From positions 131,018 to 195,017 of the forward strand of contig JBGTLA010000095.1 of NCBI GenBank assembly GCA_041744375.1: a DNA stretch of 64,000 nucleotides. The letters are read 5' to 3'. The notes beneath the pieces were generated by a model. It ran no database searches and had not been told where the DNA came from. It saw only the letters and a list, made by a program, of their open reading frames with translations. The stretch comes from Acidimicrobiia bacterium (GTDB taxonomy: Bacteria; Actinomycetota; Acidimicrobiia; Spongiisociales; ZC4RG35). The position numbers and the translations under genes are program-made. This document shows, in pieces, positions 10,070 through 19,208 of the stretch (the stretch's first letter is position 1; every line of letters starts with the position of its first letter).

Positions 10070-10805
10070 AACGTCGTCACGGTCGGATCTCCCCAAGCTG
10101 CAAAAAGCCATCGCCCACAGCGGGATGATGTCGCGGAGAGCTGCCGAAGATCTGATCGCCCAGGGTCGGGTGGCCGTCGACGGTCGGGTGGCACTAATCG
10201 GAGAGCGCGTGGACCCCGCGTCGCAGGCCGTGACGGTGGACGGCGTGCGCATTCCTATCAGGCCCGGCCTCGTTACCTACCTGCTCTACAAACCGCAGGG
10301 GGCCATCTCAACGGCGGAGGACCCGGGCGGTAGGCCCACTGTCGTCGACCTGGTGCCGCCCGAGCCGAGCGTGTATCCGGTGGGACGGCTGGACGCCGAT
10401 TCCGAAGGCCTCCTCTTGCTCACCAATGACGGTGACCTCGCCAACATCGTCATGCACCCTCGCTACGGCATACCCAAGACCTACACCGTCTTGGTCAATG
10501 GGCCCCCCGGCCCGTGGGTTGAGTGCCTGGTGGAGGGGGTGGAGCTCTCGGACGGACCGGCCGCCGCCCTGTCGGCTCGGGTACTCGACTCGACGAGAGA
10601 GAGCACGCTGTTGGAGATGGTGCTGGGCGAGGGGAGAAACCGCGAGATCCGGCGCATGTGTGACGCACTCGAGCACCCGGTACAAAGACTGGTGCGAACC
10701 GCAGTAGGGCCGATCACCGATCGGCGTCTGCGTCCCGGTGAATGGCGACGGCTCGAAGTCGGGGAGGTGGAGCGTCTCTACGCCACCGCCGACCCGGTGG
10801 TTTGA
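10062..10805 (+). CDS. rluB: 23S rRNA pseudouridine synthase (RluB/RsuA family)
   Basis: S4 domain (LQKAIAHSGMMSRR) followed by PSU synthase motifs (GRLDADSEGLLLLTNDGDL); GTG start overlaps scpB by 8 nt. Confidence 0.85.
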   Translation: MAETSSRSDLPKLQKAIAHSGMMSRRAAEDLIAQGRVAVDGRVALIGERVDPASQAVTVDGVRIPIRPGLVTYLLYKPQGAISTAEDPGGRPTVVDLVPPEPSVYPVGRLDADSEGLLLLTNDGDLANIVMHPRYGIPKTYTVLVNGPPGPWVECLVEGVELSDGPAAALSARVLDSTRESTLLEMVLGEGRNREIRRMCDALEHPVQRLVRTAVGPITDRRLRPGEWRRLEVGEVERLYATADPVV

Positions 10806-10836
10806 GCGAAACTGGACAGCTGGGTAGCTTTCGGCT

Positions 10837-12087
10837 GTGTTCACCGTTCCCACCATCGGCCGACCGGTAGCCGGCACGGTGCGGCCTCCCGGTTCGAAAT
10901 CCCTCACCAACCGCGCGCTCGTGGTGGCGTCGCTGGCGCGCCCGGCGGCGAGTCGCCTCGAGGGAGCCCTCGACGCGGAGGACACCGTCGCCATGCGGAG
11001 GGCCTTGCGGCATCTCGGGGTCCTGATCGACGACAACGAGGATCCCTGGCTCGTTCTCGGCACCGGGGGAGACCTGAGACCATCAGGAGAAGTGGTGGAT
11101 GTGGGAGCGTCGGGAACCACCGCTCGCTTCGTGACGGCAGTGGCGGCCCTGGCCCGAGATACCACCGTCATCGACGGCACCGCTCGGATGAGGGAACGAC
11201 CGATCGGGCCGCTGATCGCTGCCTTGGAGACGATGGGTGCCACAGTGGCCTCCGCCGGTGGCTACCCACCGGTTCGGGTGGGCGGCGGCCAACTGACCGG
11301 CGGACGTGTGACCGTCGAGAGTTCCCTTTCCTCCCAGTTCGCCTCCGCGGTCATGATGATCGCCCCCCTCGCCGACGCGCCCGTCGAGATCGTGCTGGAG
11401 GGAAAGGTGGCGTCGGCCACCTACCTCGAGGGGACCGTCGACATCATGCGCGCCTTCGGTGCCGATGTCTCCGCCACCTCCTCCGGATACCTGGTCGAGG
11501 CGACCGGTTACCACAAGGCACACATACAGATCGAGGCCGACGCGTCGGCGGCGGTGTACCCGGCGGTGGCCGCCGCCATCACCGGCGGTCGCGTGGTGAT
11601 CGAAGGGATCCCCGCCCATTCGACGCAACCCGACCTGGCCGTGCTGGATGTGTTGGGCGCCATGGGTTGTGACATCGAACGAGCCGCCGGGTCGATCACC
11701 ATCACGGGTCCGAGCCAGCTTCGGCCGGTGGATGTCGACCTGTCCGGCTCTCCCGACGGGGCGCTGGCCGTGGCGGTTGCAGCGCTGTTCGCCTCGGGTC
11801 CCTCGCGGTTGGCAGGCCTCTCGACCTTGCGCCTCAAGGAGACCGATCGGCTCGCCGCCCTGGAAACGGAGCTGAGACGGGTGGGGGCGGAGGTGACGAT
11901 CGAGGCCGACGTACTCACTGTTCGCCCCGGGCGGCTGAATGCAGCCGAGATCGAAACCTACGACGATCATCGCATGGCGATGTCGATGGCCCTGGTCGGC
12001 TTGGTGGTTGCGGGAGTGACCATCCGTCATCCGGCCACGGTCGCCAAGACGTGGCCCGGTTACTTCGACATGTTTTCGCTCCTGTGA
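10837..12087 (+). CDS. aroA: 3-phosphoshikimate 1-carboxyvinyltransferase (EPSP synthase)
   Basis: PGSKSLTNRALVVASLA motif; 416 aa. Confidence 0.9.
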   Translation: MFTVPTIGRPVAGTVRPPGSKSLTNRALVVASLARPAASRLEGALDAEDTVAMRRALRHLGVLIDDNEDPWLVLGTGGDLRPSGEVVDVGASGTTARFVTAVAALARDTTVIDGTARMRERPIGPLIAALETMGATVASAGGYPPVRVGGGQLTGGRVTVESSLSSQFASAVMMIAPLADAPVEIVLEGKVASATYLEGTVDIMRAFGADVSATSSGYLVEATGYHKAHIQIEADASAAVYPAVAAAITGGRVVIEGIPAHSTQPDLAVLDVLGAMGCDIERAAGSITITGPSQLRPVDVDLSGSPDGALAVAVAALFASGPSRLAGLSTLRLKETDRLAALETELRRVGAEVTIEADVLTVRPGRLNAAEIETYDDHRMAMSMALVGLVVAGVTIRHPATVAKTWPGYFDMFSLL

Positions 12088-12746
12088 ACAAGAGCGCATA
12101 CGTGGTGGCGATCGACGGTCCCGGAGGAGTCGGGAAGTCGACTGTCAGCCGGCTCGTCGCCGAGAGACTTGGGGCTGCCCATCTCGACACCGGGGCCTTC
12201 TACCGGGCCGCCACCGCAGTGGTGCTCGCCGACGGAGCAGACCCGGCCGACGACAGTGCCGTGATGCGGGCCTGGGGAAGCCGGAACATACAGCAGCGGA
12301 ACGGCCGCACGTTCGTCGACGGCCGTGACGTGTCCGAGGAAATCCGCACAGCAGAGGTCACTGAGGCTGTCTCCGTCGTGGCTGCCCATCCGCCGCTTCG
12401 AGCCGAGATGGTGGAGGCACAGCGTCGCTGGGTGGGCGAACGGGGTGTCCCGGCGGTGGTGGAAGGACGCGACATCGGCAGCGTGGTGTTCCCCGACGCG
12501 CTGGTGAAGGTATATCTCGACGCCCAACCTTCGGTACGTGCTCGCCGCCGCTCGAGAGAGACGGGGGCGGCGACGGAGTCGGTGGCGAGGGCTCTGCGCG
12601 ATCGTGACAAGATCGACTCCAGTCGCCTCGTGTCCCCCTTGGTGGCCGCGGTCGACGCCGTCGTGATCGACACCACCGATTTGTCGATCGATCAGGTCGT
12701 CTCCCGAGTGATGGAGCTGGTGAGCGCTCACCTGTCCAGGGGGTGA
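12084..12746 (+). CDS. cmk: cytidylate kinase
   Basis: GTGA overlap with the aroA stop; P-loop VVAIDGPGGVGKSTV. Confidence 0.85.
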   Translation: MNKSAYVVAIDGPGGVGKSTVSRLVAERLGAAHLDTGAFYRAATAVVLADGADPADDSAVMRAWGSRNIQQRNGRTFVDGRDVSEEIRTAEVTEAVSVVAAHPPLRAEMVEAQRRWVGERGVPAVVEGRDIGSVVFPDALVKVYLDAQPSVRARRRSRETGAATESVARALRDRDKIDSSRLVSPLVAAVDAVVIDTTDLSIDQVVSRVMELVSAHLSRG

Positions 12747-12788
12747 GTGGCTGTAGCTATCGGATCGCTCATCCCTACCATTGGGACC

Positions 12789-13835
12789 ATGGTTCAACGT
12801 GTCTTGCTGGCGGAGCCTCGCGGTTTTTGTGCCGGTGTCGAAATGGCCATCAAGGCTCTCACCTGGATGGTGCGTGTATTCGAGCCACCCGTCTACTGCT
12901 TTCACGAGATCGTCCACAACGAATGGGTGGTGCGGGCCTTCGAGCGGGTCGGTGTCGTGTTCGTCGACGATATCTTCCAGGTTCCGCAGGGGGCGCCGGT
13001 GATGTTGTCCGCGCATGGCTCTGCCCCCGAGGTGGTGGCCGGCGCGGCCTCTCGAGCCGCCGTGGTCATCGACGCCGTCTGCCCGCTCGTCACCAAGGTC
13101 CATCACGAGGTGAAACGTATGGCGGAACGTGGTTTCGACATCATCTACGTAGGCCATGAAGGCCACGACGAGGCGGTGGGGACCGTGGCGGAGGCGCCGA
13201 CTTCCATCACCCTGGTGGAGCCGGAGGTCGGTCTTCGCCAGTTCCACCCCACCGACCCTTCCAAGGTTGCCCTCCTTGCCCAGACCACACTCGGCATGCA
13301 CGAGTGGGAGGGTGTCCTGAATGCAGCCCAAGGTCGCTTCCCCGAGTTGGAAACTGCCCGCCGCTCGGACCTGTGTTATGCAACGACCAACCGTCAGGAG
13401 GCGGTGGGTCAGCTGGCGGAGAGGTGCGACCTGATCCTGGTGGTCGGCTCGGAGAACTCATCGAACACACAGGCACTGGTGCGCTATTCCATCGAGAACG
13501 GGACTCCGGCCCACCGCATCGACGATGCCGACGGGATACAAACAGGGTGGCTGGAAGCTGTCGAAGTGGTAGGGGTGACGGCGGGAGCGTCGGCGCCCGA
13601 TCATCTCGTCCAAGAGGTGATCGACCGGTTGGACCCGGCGGCCGGGTTCGAGCTGTGGCAGACCACACAAGAGGGCGAATACTTCCCCCTTCCGCCGCAG
13701 TTGCGCAGTTTCGTGGCGACGTTGAGCGCCTTGGTGGAGGCGGGAGTGACCGCCAGTGCCCCGAAGGAGAGAGGCTGGCTGGAGCGCGACAGGGAGTGGA
13801 CGGCCACCGAGGCTCTCGACCTGATCTCACGCTGA
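12789..13835 (+). CDS. ispH: 4-hydroxy-3-methylbut-2-enyl diphosphate reductase
   Basis: LLAEPRGFCAGVEMAIKAL N-terminal motif; ATG at 12789 (a GTG at 12747 immediately after the cmk stop is an alternative). Confidence 0.9.
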   Translation: MVQRVLLAEPRGFCAGVEMAIKALTWMVRVFEPPVYCFHEIVHNEWVVRAFERVGVVFVDDIFQVPQGAPVMLSAHGSAPEVVAGAASRAAVVIDAVCPLVTKVHHEVKRMAERGFDIIYVGHEGHDEAVGTVAEAPTSITLVEPEVGLRQFHPTDPSKVALLAQTTLGMHEWEGVLNAAQGRFPELETARRSDLCYATTNRQEAVGQLAERCDLILVVGSENSSNTQALVRYSIENGTPAHRIDDADGIQTGWLEAVEVVGVTAGASAPDHLVQEVIDRLDPAAGFELWQTTQEGEYFPLPPQLRSFVATLSALVEAGVTASAPKERGWLERDREWTATEALDLISR

Positions 13836-13861
13836 CGGCGCCCGCCAGTAGCGTTCCCCCC

Positions 13862-15199
13862 ATGTCGACTACTCCTCGATCCACGCGGCTGCCCATCGTC
13901 GCCGTGGTGGGACGGCCCAACGTGGGCAAATCGACCCTCGTCAACCGGATTCTGGGTCGCCGGGCCGCGGTCGTCGAGGAGAGACCGGGGGTGACACGCG
14001 ATCGGCGGCAGTTCGACGCCGACTGGGCGGGGAGAGACTTCGTCCTGGTCGACACCGGCGGATGGGAGCGCGATCCCGAAGCGGGCATCGACGAGTCGAT
14101 CCGACGCCAGGCGGAAGCGGCCATGAGTGCGGCCGACGTCGTGATCCTGGTCGTGGACGTCACCACCAGCGTGGGTGATGACGACCTGGGGGTGGTGGAC
14201 ATGCTGCGAAGGTCCGGGCTTCCGGTGGTGGTAGCGGTCAACAAGGTCGACGACCACGCTCGGGAGGGGGACGCAACCGAACTGTGGAACCTCGGTCTGG
14301 GAGAGCCCATGGCCGTGTCCGCCTTCCACGGTCGGGGAGTCGGCGATCTCCTGGATCGGGTGTTGTCGTTGCTGCCCGCGGCTGCGGCCGCTCCCGATGT
14401 CGCTGGTCCCCCCCGGGTCGCCATCGTCGGGCGGCCCAACGTTGGAAAGTCGACACTGCTGAACAGGTTGGTCGGCGAGGAGAGGGTGATCGTGTCCGAT
14501 CGGCCCGGCACGACGCGCGATCCAATCGATGTCGAGGTCGAACTCGACGGTCGACGGTATGTACTGGTCGACACGGCCGGTATCCGTCGCAAGCCCCAGA
14601 TCACCGAGGATGCCGATTTCTACGCGGTGGTCAGGGCACGAGAGGCGTTGGATCAGGCCGATGTCGCTCTCTTGCTCATCGATGGTGCCGAAGGAGTGAC
14701 CCGCCAGGACCAGCGCATCGCCGACGAGATCCTCGAGGCCGGCGCGGGTCTGGTAGTACTCGTCAACAAATGGGACGCGGTGGATCCCGACGATCGGCGG
14801 TTGCTCGAGCGCGACATCGGATCCCGACTGTCGTTCCTCGGGTGGGCTCCCATGTTGCGGGTGTCAGCCATTCGGGGAACGCGCCTCAAGTCACTGGGAT
14901 CTGCGATCGAAGTCGCTCTGGAAGGCCGCCGCCAACGGATCCCCACCGGGACGCTCAATCGTCTGGTGCGAGGGTGGACGGCCGCACATCCTCCCCCGGT
15001 CAAAAAGGGACGGCGTCCGAAGGTCCACTACGCCGTCCAGGCCGGCGTGGCCCCGCCTACGGTGGTGTTGTTCGTCTCGGGCGGGGAGCTGGGTGACGAT
15101 TATCTCCGGTTCATCGAGAACAGGATGAGAGAAGAGATCGATTTCACGGGCACACCGATCAAGGTGGTCACACGTCCGCGGAGCCGGCGTGAACCCTGA
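13862..15199 (+). CDS. der: ribosome biogenesis GTPase Der (EngA)
   Basis: Two tandem GTPase domains (VVGRPNVGKSTL occurs twice) plus a KH-like C-terminus; ATG at 13862 follows the ispH stop. Confidence 0.95.
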   Translation: MSTTPRSTRLPIVAVVGRPNVGKSTLVNRILGRRAAVVEERPGVTRDRRQFDADWAGRDFVLVDTGGWERDPEAGIDESIRRQAEAAMSAADVVILVVDVTTSVGDDDLGVVDMLRRSGLPVVVAVNKVDDHAREGDATELWNLGLGEPMAVSAFHGRGVGDLLDRVLSLLPAAAAAPDVAGPPRVAIVGRPNVGKSTLLNRLVGEERVIVSDRPGTTRDPIDVEVELDGRRYVLVDTAGIRRKPQITEDADFYAVVRAREALDQADVALLLIDGAEGVTRQDQRIADEILEAGAGLVVLVNKWDAVDPDDRRLLERDIGSRLSFLGWAPMLRVSAIRGTRLKSLGSAIEVALEGRRQRIPTGTLNRLVRGWTAAHPPPVKKGRRPKVHYAVQAGVAPPTVVLFVSGGELGDDYLRFIENRMREEIDFTGTPIKVVTRPRSRREP

Positions 15200-15367
15200 G
15201 CACGGTGGACTCCACCCCGATCCCGACGACCACCCCCCACCCAGCCCGATCAGCTTCCGGATCCTCGTCGGGTTGGCAGTGCTGTACCTGGGATGGCGCC
15301 TCGTGGAAGGCATCATCTGGCTGGTGAACCGCTTCGCTTGATTCGACAAGCCGTGATCAGGTCGCGT

Positions 15368-15928
15368 TCACAGTGTTCTGCCCTGGTCGTCGATCCAGTC
15401 TTCCTCGTCGACGCCCAGCCCTTCGGCGATGCGGTTGATGTAGTTGAAGTAGGCACACACCTGTGTGGCGTCGGTGATAGCCCGGTCGTCCCAGCCGGCG
15501 GATCGAAGCGCTTCGATGTGTAGTTTCGTCACCGAGGAAGGAGAGCGGGTCAGGAGTTCGGCATACTCCAACAGGGCGCTGGTGGCTTCGTCGAGCCCCG
15601 CGCTTCGCCAATCGCGCCCGAAGGCGTCGACCATCGTGTCGTCTGCGACCTCGGCCCGGAGGTCGTGGAGATGGGCACCTATTCAATAGTGGCACTCGTT
15701 CACCTGGGACGTCACCACAGCGATCATCTCGCGCTGAGCGCGCGAGATCGGTGAGTCACAGAACATCGCTGCCCCGTAGAGGCGCATCGACTCACGCAGC
15801 GTCTCGGGGTTGTGGCATTGCACTGACACGATATTCCAGAGTCGTCCCGCAGACGTAGCCCTCTGCTCGTAGATTCTTTCCAGGAGTCCGTCGGCGTCAT
15901 CTCGGCCGACGACATCGATGTGAGCCAT
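15368..15928 (-). CDS. AhpD/CMD-family 'peroxidase-related enzyme', interrupted by an in-frame TGA at the second Cys of the CxxC motif (candidate selenoprotein; alternatively a pseudogene)
   Basis: Track ORFs 15683..15928 (...SQVNECHY) and 15368..15634 are in the same frame, separated only by TGA: NECHY-[TGA]-IGAHLHDLRAEV.... The AhpD core motif is C-x-x-C-x-x-A-H, so the TGA sits exactly at the second-Cys position. A hairpin (GACCUC-CGGGCC-GAGGUC) lies ~17 nt downstream. Confidence 0.5.
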
Positions 15929-16085
15929 GCGCCTGCCACGCTACACGAACCATGTTCGGCCACCACGCGGGGATCGGGGCAACCCGGGGTTGCCGGTTTC
16001 ATAGATCCCCAATCGTGAGCTTCGTGGTGTATCGGGCCTGATGGCTCACTTGGGGCGGGTTGAGATTGGGAGGGCGTCGCTGGTG

Positions 16086-17543
16086 TCAGCGAGGTCGCGA
16101 GATCATCTGGTCGACGGGGGCGAAGTCATCCCGAAGGTAGGCGGCACCGTCTATGAACCGATGGAGTTCATCGTGAACGGCCACGACTTCGGAGCCACCG
16201 CGTCCGGCGACAGAGGCACCGATGCCTTTGACGTCGATGCGGGCGTGCGAGCCGACGAGCACGAAGTTCCCACCCCCCTCGCCTCCCAGATAGTGAGGTG
16301 GGGCCAGGACGGCCGTGTGGTCGAAGACGGCGTCGATCGTGGCGGTGGCCGCCCGAGCGAATCGCAAGTCTCCGTAATCGATCAGATTGAGGAGATAGAT
16401 CCCCTCCGGTCCCAGGCGGCGGGCGACTTCGGTGACGAATTCCAGGGTTGTCAGATGCCACGGCACCGACAATCCGCTGAAGGCGTCGCCCATGATGAGG
16501 TCGGCCCACTCGAGCGGAACGTTCTGTAGCGAGCGGCGGGCGTCGTCGACGATCACCGTCGCCTCGGGGTCAAGCCCGAGGCGGGAGTGCCCGATGTCGA
16601 CCAGCAACCGGTCTATCTCCAGCACCACATGCTCTGTGCCGGGTCTGACGGCGTCCAGGTAGGCGCTGAAGGTGAACCCGCCTCCTCCGATGGACACGGC
16701 CCGCAGGGGCTCACCAGGCGCCGTGTGCTCGATCACGTCGCCCATGACCTGGGCGTACCTGAACTCGAGATGGGTCGGGTCGACGAGATCGACGTAGCTG
16801 TTGCGCACACCGTCGAGCCACAAGATCCGCCCGCTCGATCGGTCTGGGTCGATCTCGATGTCGGCGCAGTGATAGGTGGTCTCGTATTCGCACGGCCCGC
16901 CAAGCAAAACCAGTGCCGCAGCCAGTGCCACACTCCCCCCGCCGGCCCGGAGACGACCCCTCCCATGATGGCTCCAGAAGCCCAAACCCGCGACTATCAG
17001 AGCGGCCCCGACGGCGATAATGATCGGGCGCGTGGGGAAAGCTGCGATGAGGACAAAACCGGTGGTGAAAGTCCCGAAGATGGCCCCGGCGGTGCCGATG
17101 GCCGAGTACGACCCGACCACCGAGCCGGTCTCGTCCAGGCTGGCCAGTCGCAGCTTCACCACCACCGGGGGAACGGCCGACAGCACGGCGGCGGGAGCGA
17201 AGAAACCAAGCGTGGTGATGACCACGATGGCCAGCGGCCCGGCCGACGTTGAGGCCGGGCCGACCACATCGACGATCAAGGGGGATGCCAGCGCGGTGAG
17301 GCCCCCGGCTACCAGGAGGGGCCCCACCAGCCGGGAAGGATCGCCCCGGTCTGCTGCTGCTCCCCCGGCCCATGCACCCACGGCGATGCCGGCCAGGATC
17401 ACCCCGATGACGCCGGTGAAGACTTCGAGACTAACCCCGAGGTAAGGAGCCAGGAGCCGCTGAGCGAGGATCTCCAGTACCAGCACCGCCGCCGAGGTGG
17501 AGAAGACGAGAAGTCGAGCGGTCAGCTGTGACATGGGGGCCAC
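16086..17543 (-). CDS. fused polytopic membrane domain / spermidine synthase-like (PABS) protein
   Basis: N-terminal ~200 aa are highly hydrophobic (multi-TM). The C-terminal spermidine-synthase fold includes VSIGGGGFTFSAYL and DLIMGDAF. Confidence 0.7.
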   Translation of the reverse strand: MAPMSQLTARLLVFSTSAAVLVLEILAQRLLAPYLGVSLEVFTGVIGVILAGIAVGAWAGGAAADRGDPSRLVGPLLVAGGLTALASPLIVDVVGPASTSAGPLAIVVITTLGFFAPAAVLSAVPPVVVKLRLASLDETGSVVGSYSAIGTAGAIFGTFTTGFVLIAAFPTRPIIIAVGAALIVAGLGFWSHHGRGRLRAGGGSVALAAALVLLGGPCEYETTYHCADIEIDPDRSSGRILWLDGVRNSYVDLVDPTHLEFRYAQVMGDVIEHTAPGEPLRAVSIGGGGFTFSAYLDAVRPGTEHVVLEIDRLLVDIGHSRLGLDPEATVIVDDARRSLQNVPLEWADLIMGDAFSGLSVPWHLTTLEFVTEVARRLGPEGIYLLNLIDYGDLRFARAATATIDAVFDHTAVLAPPHYLGGEGGGNFVLVGSHARIDVKGIGASVAGRGGSEVVAVHDELHRFIDGAAYLRDDFAPVDQMISRPR

Positions 17544-17579
17544 AGTATGGCGAGGGTGATTTGTTTCGCGACTCCGTGC

Positions 17580-18257
17580 CTAGTCGACACCCTTCCCCAC
17601 CGGGATCAGATAGAGCGGTTCCCACGTATTGGGCAATTCCAGTTGTTTCTGCACCTCACTGTCGTTGAAAGAGCCGATGGGAACGGCTGCCAGGTCCAGC
17701 TGTACCGCCTGGAGGAGGACGTTCTGGGCGGCATGACCGGCTTCGAGATGTACGTATCGCTGGGCCCGGTCGCCATATCTGCGTTCGGTGCGGGCGTACT
17801 CGGCGGCAATGACGAAGACTACCGGTGCCGAGGCGACGGCTTCCTGGCCGAAGGCGGCAGCCGCCAGATCGGCGCGGATGTCGCCGGAACGGGATCGGGC
17901 GAGAAGGTGATCCCCGGGCAGGTAATGAAAGACGCCGGTTTCCTCCACCACGAAAACTTCGAGCGGATAAGTGCCTCCCGCCGAGGGGGCGGTGCGACCC
18001 CCCGATTCTGCCGTAACGCCCTGTGCCGCCCAGAGCAACTGGCCGATCTGCTCGTCGGTGAGTCGGTCCTCTGTATACGAGCGGATGGACCGTCGTCCCG
18101 CCAGCGCCTTCCCCAGTCCGTCGCCTGTTTCCGCCGGTGGGAGCTGTCTGAACTCAGAGGCGTTCTCGAGTCCTGTGGTCGTCCGGTCGGAGCAGGCACC
18201 CACGGCGAGGAACGCCACCAGAACACTGATGAAGGCATGGCCTACAACTCCAGGCAT
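17580..18257 (-). CDS. SagB-type/nitroreductase-family lipoprotein
   Basis: Lipobox AFLAVGACSD; nitroreductase fold motifs (RRSIRSY; HLEAGHAAQNV). Start taken at MPGVVGH. Confidence 0.6.
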   Translation of the reverse strand: MPGVVGHAFISVLVAFLAVGACSDRTTTGLENASEFRQLPPAETGDGLGKALAGRRSIRSYTEDRLTDEQIGQLLWAAQGVTAESGGRTAPSAGGTYPLEVFVVEETGVFHYLPGDHLLARSRSGDIRADLAAAAFGQEAVASAPVVFVIAAEYARTERRYGDRAQRYVHLEAGHAAQNVLLQAVQLDLAAVPIGSFNDSEVQKQLELPNTWEPLYLIPVGKGVD

Positions 18258-18427
18258 CTCGTGTCGTATGTTGCAGAGCTCCATAGGCCAACACCAGGGC
18301 CGGAGGTCCATACCGAGACGGTTCGCCCATCGAGCTCGACACTCGCCCCCACTGATCACGCGTCACCCCGGCCAGTTTCCGAGGCGATAGGTGCCGCGGC
18401 CGACACCGTCTCCAGTCTGGAAGCGAC

Positions 18428-18455
18428 GAAACCCGCTCGGCGTTGAGCGGGTTTC
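18428..18455 (-). terminator. stem-loop (11-bp stem) just outside attL
   Basis: GAAACCCGCTC-ggcgtt-GAGCGGGTTTC. It is homologous to the terminator hairpin that follows the intact tRNA-Pro at 27731..27754. Confidence 0.4.
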
Positions 18456-18460
18456 TCACT

Positions 18461-18507
18461 GTCGGGCCGGGGAGATTCGAACTCCCGACCTCTTGACCCC
18501 CAGTCCA
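18461..18507 (-). repeat. partial tRNA-Pro copy (anticodon loop to 3' end) = attL of integrated element
   Basis: The minus-strand read GACUGGGGGUCAAGAGGUC-GGGAG-UUCGAAU-CUCCC-CGGCCCGAC is identical or near-identical to the 3' half of the tRNA at 27760..27834. The T-stem carries compensatory changes, and the 19-bp core GACCTCTTGACCCCCAGTC is identical. Confidence 0.7.
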
Positions 18508-18740
18508 CGAACGGCCGTCCCGACGAGTCACAGCCCGTCACACGTCGTACTCGGAATGTGGTCTCTACCTGGGGCTTTCAACTCAACCTGTCCCAGCCCG
18601 TCCAAGGTGGTCACGGCCAGTATCCGTCGTGATAGTGGAACGTTAGAGGAACGCTGACCGGGCACTGCCCGTGCCGGGCACTAGGACAAACGTCGCTCAA
18701 GGTCGGAGGGTTTCATTGCGGTGAAACCCTCCGAGCGGCC

Positions 18741-19208
18741 TTAGACGGCAATCCGGGCCAGCTCGAGGATCTCGGCCCGCTCATTGGCGCGGTGGTCACG
18801 GCAGTAGATCGCGTCAAAGTCGAGGCGAACGTCGATGGCCTTCCCGCAAGTCGGGCAGCGAGCCGTCGTCGCCATGGCGTGAGGCAGAGACATTCGGCGG
18901 TCTCGCGCCCATTCGGCGACGGCATGATGCCTGCGCCTGGCGGCAAGCTCGCCCACAGCCATGACCACCATCGCCGCCAGGTCGAGCGGCGACTCCTCCC
19001 ACAACCAGAACCGCACTTCTAGGTGAGTGAGCCCGCCGTCGACACCGGACAGCAACCGCCCGGCCGGATACTCGCGAGCCCAGGCGACCACGTCCTCAGA
19101 GGTCCGACAGTCCGCCAAACCGGCGGCGATTAGCTGAGCCTCCTCGGGACCGACCCAACGTGACACGCCTTCCTCGAAGGTCGGGGATTTGGTCATCGGT
19201 CGGGGCAT
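18741..19208 (-). CDS. hypothetical protein with C-terminal zinc-ribbon-like motif
   Basis: The C-terminal ~155 aa of track ORF 18741..19517 look protein-like (CPTCGKAIDVRLDFDAIYCRDHRANERAEIL); the N-terminal part of the track ORF is Arg/Pro-rich GC artefact. Last gene of the element operon. Confidence 0.45.
   Translation of the reverse strand: MPRPMTKSPTFEEGVSRWVGPEEAQLIAAGLADCRTSEDVVAWAREYPAGRLLSGVDGGLTHLEVRFWLWEESPLDLAAMVVMAVGELAARRRHHAVAEWARDRRMSLPHAMATTARCPTCGKAIDVRLDFDAIYCRDHRANERAEILELARIAV

Noticed and set aside
15929-16085. Near-palindrome GGCAACCCGGGGTTGCC as a terminator between the CMD gene and the spermidine-synthase-like gene
   Set aside because: Its loop is too small (≤3 nt) and it has no U-tract in the orientation of the upstream minus-strand gene. 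It is kept only as a possible operator and not reported as a feature.
18428-18520. tRNA-Sec (selC) near the candidate selenoprotein gene, with UCA visible in GGGGGUCAAG
   Set aside because: The UCA is part of the tRNA-Pro anticodon-stem 3' strand (UCAAG). The fragment has no 8/5 acceptor/T-stem geometry or long variable arm, and it is identical to the tRNA-Pro 3' half.
18360-18740. Possible tmRNA (ssrA) suggested by a tRNA-like T-arm/acceptor 3' end at ~18465-18500 in a 380-bp gene-free stretch
   Set aside because: The tRNA-like part is only ~45 nt and matches the 3' half of tRNA-Pro at 27.8 kb. No in-frame tag peptide ending in ...LAA-stop could be found on the minus strand, and no pseudoknot-sized body is evident. 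It is better explained as the att duplicate of the integrated element.
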